A DNA stretch of 64,000 bases. It comes from Terriglobia bacterium (GTDB lineage Bacteria; Acidobacteriota; Terriglobia; JAJPHL01; JAPKYU01). Below, piece by piece: positions 56,772 to 64,000 of this stretch (positions within the stretch are counted from its first letter, which is position 1; the number at the start of each line of letters is the position of its first letter). A program made the position numbers and the translations under genes. Location of the stretch: positions 1,408,001 to 1,472,000 of the forward strand of contig CBDCVK010000010.1 in the NCBI GenBank assembly GCA_965223005.1, read 5' to 3'. Below the pieces are notes generated by a model. The model searched no databases. It was not told the origin of the DNA and saw only the letters and a program-made list of their open reading frames with translations.

Positions 56772-59372
56772 ATGCGGGGCCCCGGTTGCCGGCTGGAAGT
56801 GAATTTGCGAGTCCACTTTAAGAAAACCCGCCTGGCCCGCATTTTCCTGCACCCGTTCACCAAGGTAGTGCTGACTCTCGCCCTGCTGTTGGCAGTGTGC
56901 GGAGCCTCCGTCTTCGGCTACTACTATGTGCGGTTCGCCAAGCTGATTGACCGGCGGTTAGACGGGGACGTGTTCGCCCGCACCTCGAAAATCCATGCCG
57001 CTCCAGAGCTGCTTTTCGTGGGACAGGAAATTCAGGTTGCCGAGCTGATCAACAAGTTGCGCCGGGCAGGCTACTCCGAGGATGAAAGCAGCACGTTGGG
57101 CTGGTACCGGCAGGTGCTGGACGACGTTGAGATCCATCCCGGTTCAGACTCCTACTTCCGCGACGAGCCAGCCCGGATCCGCGTGGCCGACGGCAAGGTC
57201 CAACGTGTCCTCTACCTGAAGGGCAACATCGAGCAGCAATTTTACGAACTGGAGCCCGAGCTCATCACCAACCTGTTCGACCGTTCCCGGGCAAAGCGGC
57301 GGCTGGTACGGTTTGAAGATTTGCCGCCCCACTTGGTGAACGCGATCCTGGCCGCCGAAGATAAGAGCTTCTTTCAGCACCCGGGGATTGATTTTCTGCG
57401 CGTCCTGAAAGTGGCCTACGAAGACATCCGTACCAGGACGCTGGCGCAGGGTGCCAGCACCCTGACCATGCAACTGGCCCGCAGTTTCTTCCTGACGCCC
57501 GCGCGCACCTTCAAGCGGAAGATGGCGGAGGTCATGATTGCCCTGCAGCTCGAACGGCGGCTTACCAAGCAGCAGATCTTCGAGTTTTACTGCAACCAGA
57601 TCTACCTAGGACAGCGGGGCAGCTTCAGCCTGCACGGGATGGGAGAAGCCTCGCTGGCTTATTTCGGCAAAGACGTGCACCAGCTCACTTTGCCCGAAGT
57701 AGCCTTCCTGGCGGGCATTATTCGGGGACCCAACCTCTATTCGCCCTACCGCTACGCGGAGCGGGCCACAGAACGGCGGAACCGCATCCTGGATGCTATG
57801 GTGCGCAACGGCGCCATCAAGCCCGAGCAGCGCGACACGGCGGTCGAAGCGCCGCTTGGGATACTTCCCCCCTACGTGGAAACCGGCGACGCGCCCTACT
57901 TCGTGGACCTAGTACGCGAAGAGTTGCTGGCTCGCTATCCCGAGAAGGAGCTGGTCACCCGCGGCTACCGCGTCTACACCACACTGGACATGAACCTGCA
58001 GCGGGCCGCCGACGAGGCGGTGCGCGAGGGCATGCAACTGGTCGACGAGCAGCTCTCGAAACGGAAAACGAAACAGCCTTGGCCGCAGGCCCAGACGGCC
58101 TTGGTGGCCATAGACCCGCACACTGGCGACGTCAAGGCGCTGGTGGGCGGGCGCTTCTACGGGGCCAGCCAGCTCAACCGGGCGGTGGCGCAACGGCAGC
58201 CCGGCTCGGTTTTCAAACCCTTCGTGTACGCCAGCGCCTTCAGCTCTGCCCTGAACGGCTTCCACCCGGTCATCACGCCAGTCACGGTGATCGACGACAC
58301 CCCGACAACTTTCCTCTACGAGGGCGGTGTTTATGAACCGAGCAATTATCGGGCGAAGTTCCATGGCCAGGTCACAGCCCGCAAGGCGCTGGCGCTGTCG
58401 CTCAACGTAGCCACGGTAAAGATTGGGGAAATGATCGGGTTCGACCGGGTCACCCAGCTCGCGCGCCAAGCAGGCCTGAAGACTCCCCGGGCGACACCTT
58501 CAGTGGCGCTCGGATCCTACGAGGCGTCGCCGCTGGAGATAGCTGGTGCCTACACCATCTTCGCCAACGGCGGCGTACGTGTGAATCCCACCCTGGTGCG
58601 AATGGTCAAGAGCGACAACGGCGAAGTCATTGAACGGGGCCGGAACTGGCAACAAAAGGTTCTGGATCCACGGGTCGCCTACCTAATGACCCAACTGCTG
58701 CAGGGCGTCGTCCGATCGGGAACCGGGGCCGGGGTGCGGAGCCGAGGGTTTCGAGTCCCGGCTGCTGGCAAGACCGGCACGTCTCACGACGGATGGTTCG
58801 CCGGATACACCTCCAACTTGCTCTGCATCGTCTGGGTCGGTTTTGACAACAATCAGGAACTGCCGCTGAGCGGCTCGCGGTCGGCCCTGCCCATCTGGAC
58901 CGAATTCATGAAACGCGCCGCTTCCCTGCCCCAGTACCAGGACATGGTCGCCTTCCCCGAGCCGCCGGGCTTGACCTGGCGGGAGGTGGATCCTGTCTCC
59001 GGTGAGCTGGCCACGGCCTTCTGCCCCCAGCGCCGTCCGGAAGTGTTCCTCGAAGATACGCAACCAACCGAAGCTTGCTCACTGCACACGATCCAGAGGG
59101 TGTCGCGTCCCGGCTTCCTAACCAACCCCTTCGGAATCGGCGTGCGTCCCCCTGGTCGCCAGCCAGCCCCTGTCCCTTCTCCGCAGCTTGCCCGCCCGCC
59201 TGCCTCTGCCCCTCCGGCCAGCAGCGCTCCCACCAGCCAGGCCTCTCCAGTACTGGATACAGCCGAGCCAAACAAAAAAGAACGCGGTTTCTTTGGCAAA
59301 GTTTTCGGGGTTTTCAAAGGCAGCGGCAAGGATCGCCCGGACAAAGGACAGGCAAGCTCCGAAAACCAATAG
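56772..59372 (+). CDS. Class A penicillin-binding protein, PBP1B-like
   Basis: UB2H-like segment; EDKSFFQHPG, GASTLTMQL; SVFK, SLN, KTGT motifs. Confidence 0.92.
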   Translation: MRGPGCRLEVNLRVHFKKTRLARIFLHPFTKVVLTLALLLAVCGASVFGYYYVRFAKLIDRRLDGDVFARTSKIHAAPELLFVGQEIQVAELINKLRRAGYSEDESSTLGWYRQVLDDVEIHPGSDSYFRDEPARIRVADGKVQRVLYLKGNIEQQFYELEPELITNLFDRSRAKRRLVRFEDLPPHLVNAILAAEDKSFFQHPGIDFLRVLKVAYEDIRTRTLAQGASTLTMQLARSFFLTPARTFKRKMAEVMIALQLERRLTKQQIFEFYCNQIYLGQRGSFSLHGMGEASLAYFGKDVHQLTLPEVAFLAGIIRGPNLYSPYRYAERATERRNRILDAMVRNGAIKPEQRDTAVEAPLGILPPYVETGDAPYFVDLVREELLARYPEKELVTRGYRVYTTLDMNLQRAADEAVREGMQLVDEQLSKRKTKQPWPQAQTALVAIDPHTGDVKALVGGRFYGASQLNRAVAQRQPGSVFKPFVYASAFSSALNGFHPVITPVTVIDDTPTTFLYEGGVYEPSNYRAKFHGQVTARKALALSLNVATVKIGEMIGFDRVTQLARQAGLKTPRATPSVALGSYEASPLEIAGAYTIFANGGVRVNPTLVRMVKSDNGEVIERGRNWQQKVLDPRVAYLMTQLLQGVVRSGTGAGVRSRGFRVPAAGKTGTSHDGWFAGYTSNLLCIVWVGFDNNQELPLSGSRSALPIWTEFMKRAASLPQYQDMVAFPEPPGLTWREVDPVSGELATAFCPQRRPEVFLEDTQPTEACSLHTIQRVSRPGFLTNPFGIGVRPPGRQPAPVPSPQLARPPASAPPASSAPTSQASPVLDTAEPNKKERGFFGKVFGVFKGSGKDRPDKGQASSENQ

Positions 59373-59450
59373 AAGATTTGGCGTTAGAATAGATTTAAAA
59401 GCGCCAAGCGGAAGCGTCACAGCCATTCGCCGCGCGGCCGGGGTTCGCTT

Positions 59451-60302
59451 ATGACGTGCATAGACCGAAGTTGGATTTGTATAAGCCGGGGTTGGATTTG
59501 CCTAAGTTGGCTGAGCTTGTTCGCTCTAGGCGTGGAGACGGTCGGGGCGCAGACGCAAGCCACTAGCGGGTCGGAACGCCGGGTCCCGGCAGCCGCCCAG
59601 AGCACCCCGACAAAAGCAAAAGCGCCGACCGACGACCTCCGGAAGATCGAGAGATTCGGCGACCTGCAGATGGCCCGCAAGCATTACCGTGGGGCCATCC
59701 CCTATTACGAAAAGACGCTGAGACTGCTGGAACCGAAAATTGCGGTGCTTTACAACAAGATCGGCATCGCCTACCACCAGCAGCTCCAGTTCGACATGGC
59801 CAAGAAATACTACGCGATTGCCATCAAGGAGGACAGAACCTACGGAGAAGCCATCAATAACCTGGGGACCGTCTACTACGGCCAGAAGAAGTACAAGTCT
59901 GCTATTAAGCAATACAAGAAGGCGCTGGGAGTGAAGCCCAACTCCGCCTCCATTCATAGCAACCTGGGGACGGCCTACTTTGCGCGGAAAAAATATGACC
60001 GAGCCCTGGCTTCCTATCGCAAGGCACTGGAACTAGACCCCGAGGTGTTCGAACGCCGCTCCACCTACGGGGTCCTACTCCACGAGCGCGCGGTGGAAGA
60101 TCGTGCGCGATTCCAATACTTCCTGGCCAAGACCTACGCCGCCGCCGGGGTGCTGGACCGGGCATTGCTGCATTTGAGAAAGGCGATGGAAGAAGGTTTC
60201 CGGGATAACGGCCAGATCGCGCGAGATCCAGCCTTTGCGGAATTGATCACGACCGAAGCCTATGCACAGTTGATGGCCAACCCGCCCGCACCCTTGCCCT
60301 AA
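59451..60302 (+). CDS. Exported tetratricopeptide-repeat protein
   Basis: Signal-like N-terminus; YNKIGIAY, NNLGTVY, SNLGTAY repeats. Confidence 0.85.
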   Translation: MTCIDRSWICISRGWICLSWLSLFALGVETVGAQTQATSGSERRVPAAAQSTPTKAKAPTDDLRKIERFGDLQMARKHYRGAIPYYEKTLRLLEPKIAVLYNKIGIAYHQQLQFDMAKKYYAIAIKEDRTYGEAINNLGTVYYGQKKYKSAIKQYKKALGVKPNSASIHSNLGTAYFARKKYDRALASYRKALELDPEVFERRSTYGVLLHERAVEDRARFQYFLAKTYAAAGVLDRALLHLRKAMEEGFRDNGQIARDPAFAELITTEAYAQLMANPPAPLP

Positions 60303-61791
60303 TCGGTGCCCTTGCCCCAATAGGCAGCAACCCTCTCGGCAACGGACGGTTACCCCCCTGCCCGCTTCCCCTCCTCGGAAACAACAGTCCCCGGACAGAG
60401 GGCTGGCGGAAGTCCCTCCTGCCCAAGGCGGCATTCTCCACCAGGGTTTCGCACCCAATTCTCTGTGTCGCCTGTGAAACAGGGCTGGCTGAAAACACAT
60501 CCGTCCTGCAAATAGGGACTTGAAGAGAAATGTCGGCGAAGGTGCCCCGGTTCGGCTGGCCGCTGGCGATTCCCAACTTCGGCGCGGGTTGAAGCGAAAC
60601 GACGAAAACGCGGGTGTCCTGGCGCCAGTCGGCACTGCGATAGTAGGTGAGCAGGCAAAAGTTCAGCAAAAGAAGGACGCAGGCGACAGGACGCGCCCGA
60701 AACAGCGCTGCCACAATCCAGCAGAAACCCACCGCAGGCAAATAGAGATAGCGCTCGGCGAAATAGTTGGCCCCTACCACCCGGAAGGGGTAGAGGACGG
60801 GCACCAGCAAGAGGACAACCCAGAGCCCGGCGAACCACAACCCCTGGCCACGCCACCGGAGCCAGGCGGCCGCCCCGGCCAGGCAGGCCACTAGCGCCGA
60901 GCACAATAAGAATCCCCAGTTGGGCAGGGAGCTGGCAGGATCCAGCATTCCTTGCAGCTGGCCTTGTAGTTGGCCCCCCAAATGGCCTCCCAGATGGAAG
61001 GGTGCCGGAGCCACCAGCCTGCTCAGGTAGATTCCGGTCAGATACACAGTCGAGTAAACGTGAGAACTGAGCGACTGTGAGAACGGATTGGTCACCATCA
61101 CCAGCCCACCGAGCGCCCAAGTGCGCAGGGCGAAGTAGATGGCCAGTGGCGCCAGGTGGTAGAGGTAGGCCCGCCCCCCACCGGGCTTGCGGAACCAATG
61201 CTCGTAGACCACCAGCAGTGGCAGCAACATCAGCGCCGTTTCCTTGGATAGCAGGGCGAGCAGGGCCACAGCGGCCGACCAGACCGGGCGGCCCCGAACG
61301 TAGAGGTAAACCGACAACAGAAAGAAGAATGCGTAGGACAGCTCAGTGACGGCTGCAATCCAGGCAATGGCTTCAGTGTGAACCGGATGAACGGCGAACA
61401 GCAGCGCGGCCAACAGCGCGGACGGTCCGGCGCACCACGCCGCCCCGAGGGCTCTCCCGAGGTAAAAAACCAGAAGTGAACAACCGGCATGGAATAAGAG
61501 ATTGGCTGCGTGAAACCCGGCCGACTCCAGCCCGAACAGTCCATAACAGGCCATGTAGAGCAGGTGCATCATTGGCCGGTAGTAATTGCTCTTCTCCTCC
61601 GGGCCGCGAAACGACCAGACATGGCTGGAAAAAATCTGGCCCAGGGAACGGGGGCTGCGAAGGTAGGGGTTGTTCAGAACCTGGGACAGATCGTCGGAGA
61701 CAAAACCTTTGTCAAGCAGGCTCCAGTGAAGGGCAACGGCCAGCAGGACGATAGCCACAGGCGCTGCCCAACGCGCGATTCCCAGGCGCAT
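60247..61791 (-). CDS. GT-C fold glycosyltransferase (TMTC/PMT-like), C-terminus apparently degenerate
   Basis: FVSDD, YYRP, FHAANLLFH, FAVHPVHTEAIAWI, LLSKET, AERYLYLP; no TPRs after DWR. Confidence 0.78.
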   Translation of the reverse strand: MRLGIARWAAPVAIVLLAVALHWSLLDKGFVSDDLSQVLNNPYLRSPRSLGQIFSSHVWSFRGPEEKSNYYRPMMHLLYMACYGLFGLESAGFHAANLLFHAGCSLLVFYLGRALGAAWCAGPSALLAALLFAVHPVHTEAIAWIAAVTELSYAFFFLLSVYLYVRGRPVWSAAVALLALLSKETALMLLPLLVVYEHWFRKPGGGRAYLYHLAPLAIYFALRTWALGGLVMVTNPFSQSLSSHVYSTVYLTGIYLSRLVAPAPFHLGGHLGGQLQGQLQGMLDPASSLPNWGFLLCSALVACLAGAAAWLRWRGQGLWFAGLWVVLLLVPVLYPFRVVGANYFAERYLYLPAVGFCWIVAALFRARPVACVLLLLNFCLLTYYRSADWRQDTRVFVVSLQPAPKLGIASGQPNRGTFADISLQVPICRTDVFSASPVSQATQRIGCETLVENAALGRRDFRQPSVRGLLFPRRGSGQGGNRPLPRGLLPIGARAPIRARVRAGWPSTVHRLRS

Positions 61792-62032
61792 CGTCCTATT
61801 CTACGATCCGAGGCGACCAAACGGGAGTCGAGCTTGCTTCCGCACAGGCTGAGCTACAAAGCTTCTTCACGGCGATGAAGTTCTCGCCAAGGTGGTGTCC
61901 AGCGCGCCGGCGAGGCTTTCAGAATTGCTTCGCTCGCGAGCCGACCGACCCGTGTCCGCCTGCAAACGCTCTGGGCCTGCAAGCGCCTTGGGAAAGAAGG
62001 TAGCCGGAGACAAAGAAGGGAGCACTTCTATT

Positions 62033-62070
62033 TGTAGAATTCAACACATTCTACATTTGTGCTATATAAT
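62033..62070 (+). promoter_or_regulatory. AT-rich promoter with inverted repeat
   Basis: TGTAGAAT-N7-ATTCTACA (62033-55) and TATAAT at 62065. Confidence 0.5.
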
Positions 62071-62268
62071 GTTCTAAACAGGAAGTGCGTTGCGTGTTGC
62101 ATTCGGTTGTGGGCTATGGTCGCAAGTTGCAGAATCGCGTCGGATTGGCGGATCAAACATTTTTCCCTCACTTGTCATGGACGGAAGACCGCATGGGAGT
62201 AAGTCAACGGGCCGGTTGTCGAGGGATCGTTCTTTGCATCCCGCCCGTGTTGAGGGATTTCGGTGGGC

Positions 62269-62288
62269 TGTGGAGAACTTGTGCAAAG
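62269..62288. promoter_or_regulatory. Pair of DnaA-box-like sites upstream of dnaB
   Basis: TGTGGAGAA-CT-TGTGCAAAG, each one mismatch from TTWTNCACA, followed by an AT-rich tract. Confidence 0.5.
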
Positions 62289-62502
62289 AGTTGGACGTTC
62301 CTTTATAACCATTTTACTATCAACGAACTACATGGCTGGGCTTGCAGTGAAAAATCGCCGCCTGCTGCGGCACGAAGAGGCAAACTGGATCGCGTTCTCC
62401 TGCAAGCGCTAACTTGCACTACCTTGCAGCGACCAGAAAAACTTGCGAGCGACCGTAGCCGCACTGTAACAATCCCCGGTTCCGCTTCGCATTAAGCTCG
62501 CG

Positions 62503-63867
62503 ATGGCTCCTAGCGACCCGGTCTTAGAAAAAGGATTACCGAGCAACCTGGATGCCGAACGATCGGTCCTCGGCGCCGTCCTGCTGGATAACTCCGCTTA
62601 CAACTACGCTGCAGAACTCCTGATCGCCGACGATTTTTCAAGCGATGGCCACCGGCGGATCTTCGCGCGCATGGTGACTCTGGGGGAAAGCGGGCGACCG
62701 ATTGACCCGGTCACGCTGACCGAGGAACTGCTGCGCACCAACGAACTGGAGACGGCCGGGGGGGTGGCCTACCTGTCGGCACTCACCGAGGGGCTGCCGC
62801 GGGCGAGCAACGTCGCCCACTACGCCCGCATCGTCAAAGACAAGGCGGTACTGCGCCGCTTGGTTCACACCTCCAACAGCATTCTTCACGAAGCAATGGA
62901 AGGCTCCGAGGATGCCGCCGACATCCTGGGGCGCGCCGAAAGCGCCATGCTTTCGGTGGGAGAAGACCGCGAGCGCGACGGGCTGACCACCCTGGGCGAA
63001 GTCTTCAAGAAGACCTACAGGTCGCTGGACGACCTGCTGGACCGCGGCAGCCGCATCACCGGCCTGACCACTGGCTTCCGCCGGTTCGACGACCTCACCT
63101 GCGGGCTGCAGTCGAACGACCTGATCCTGGTCGCGGCGCGCCCGAGCATGGGCAAGACTGCCTGGGCCCTGTCGGTGGCTTTGCACGTAGCAGTCAAGCT
63201 TTTCCCTCCCCGCACTGTCGGCATCTTCAGCCTGGAGATGAGCAAGGAAGCGCTGTTGATTCGCCTGCTGTGCGCGGAGGCTCGCGTGGACTCGCACAAG
63301 TTCCGGTCCGGCTTCCTCAACAAGGAGGAAATGCAACGGCTGGCCCAGGCCATGGGCCGGCTGGCCCAGGCACCGATCTACATTGACGACACGCCCGGCC
63401 TCCGCCTGCAGGGGATGCACGCGAAGGCGCGGCGGCTGAAGAAGGAGCACGGTTTGGCCCTCGTCGTGCTCGACTACATCCAGCTGATGAACGCGCCTAG
63501 GGCGGAAAACCGCAACCAGGAGATTTCGGCGCTGTCGCGGGGGCTAAAAGCGCTGGCGAAGGATCTGGAGGTGCCCCTGCTGGCGCTCTCGCAGCTTTCC
63601 CGGGCTCCCGAACATCGCGGCCAGGAGCACCACCCGCAGCTAGCCGACCTGCGCGACAGCGGCTCACTGGAGCAGGACGCCGACCTGGTGGCTTTCCTCT
63701 ATCGCAAAGACTACTACCTGAGGATGGCCGGCCAGGAGGTGCCCGACGACGTGGCTGGGCGGGCGGAACTGATCATCGCCAAGCAACGCAATGGCCCCAC
63801 TGACAGGGTGCCTCTTGCCTTCCTGGACCGCTTCGCGCGCTTCGACAACATCGCCGAGGGGTTTTAG
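62503..63867 (+). CDS. dnaB: Replicative DNA helicase
   Basis: AERSVLG, AARPSMGKT, FSLEM, DYIQL, LSQLSR, DLRDSGSLEQDAD, AKQRNGPT. Confidence 0.97.
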   Translation: MAPSDPVLEKGLPSNLDAERSVLGAVLLDNSAYNYAAELLIADDFSSDGHRRIFARMVTLGESGRPIDPVTLTEELLRTNELETAGGVAYLSALTEGLPRASNVAHYARIVKDKAVLRRLVHTSNSILHEAMEGSEDAADILGRAESAMLSVGEDRERDGLTTLGEVFKKTYRSLDDLLDRGSRITGLTTGFRRFDDLTCGLQSNDLILVAARPSMGKTAWALSVALHVAVKLFPPRTVGIFSLEMSKEALLIRLLCAEARVDSHKFRSGFLNKEEMQRLAQAMGRLAQAPIYIDDTPGLRLQGMHAKARRLKKEHGLALVVLDYIQLMNAPRAENRNQEISALSRGLKALAKDLEVPLLALSQLSRAPEHRGQEHHPQLADLRDSGSLEQDADLVAFLYRKDYYLRMAGQEVPDDVAGRAELIIAKQRNGPTDRVPLAFLDRFARFDNIAEGF

Positions 63868-64000
63868 GCCGGCGTGGAAGGATCGCCACATGTTGGGCCG
63901 CCGCAGCTGGGCTGAGGTTTCGCTGGGCCGATTGCGGGCCAATTTCCAGGCGATCCGCTCTCTGGTGGGTCCCAAGATCCAGATTCTGGCGGTGCTGAAG

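Noticed and set aside
62058-62074. NrdR-box or LexA-box assignment
   Set aside because: Only a partial match to either consensus; cannot be supported by eye
62074-62495. Small ORFs in the dnaB upstream region
   Set aside because: Atypical composition, no homology cues, and they overlap likely regulatory sites
1-64000. Numerous long overlapping or antisense ORFs in the track (e.g. 11413-12633, 47148-48590, 52499-53443)
   Set aside because: Shadow frames of well-supported genes in GC-rich DNA, with no recognisable motifs
1-64000. CRISPR array, rRNA or intact tRNA
   Set aside because: The repeats found are tandem or palindromic without unique spacers; only a partial tRNA remnant was seen

Overview
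GC-rich bacterial chromosome segment, most consistent with an Acidobacteriota genome (inferred from gene families, not computed). Left to right: a 5'-partial alkaline-phosphatase-family gene, pyrD, a divergent stand-alone infA, an orphan ParB-domain gene, an animal-type transketolase, and an NAD operon (nadA-nrtR-pncB) with a clear sigma70 promoter and NrtR operator. Next come an exported cyclase-family protein, TIM-barrel sugar enzymes, a radical SAM gene divergent from two tandem diheme-cytochrome-c + PQQ-dehydrogenase cassettes, and a metallo-beta-lactamase-PilZ fusion broken by an intact IS3 element. Then several gene remnants (IPT/TIG, tRNA-Leu 3' half, kinase tail), acoXABC and sucA, a tandem duplication of a parvulin-TPR-FG-GAP(CRTAC1-like) gene, a T2SS/T4P platform operon with palindromic repeats bracketing pilM, a TetR-TolC-YbhGFSR-type efflux operon, an aldehyde dehydrogenase with an eroded aminotransferase upstream, proS, PBP1B, TPR and GT-C genes, and dnaB. 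No CRISPR, rRNA or intact tRNA was seen. Best candidates for undescribed biology: the lanthanide-type quinoprotein/diheme cytochrome cassettes, the structured RNA-like element inside IS3, the PilZ-gated MBL hydrolase, the duplicated pseudo-parvulin beta-propellers (one gained a stolen TM tail), and pervasive micro-tandem duplications at translation starts and gene ends. All family calls come from motif recognition by eye, with no database searches.
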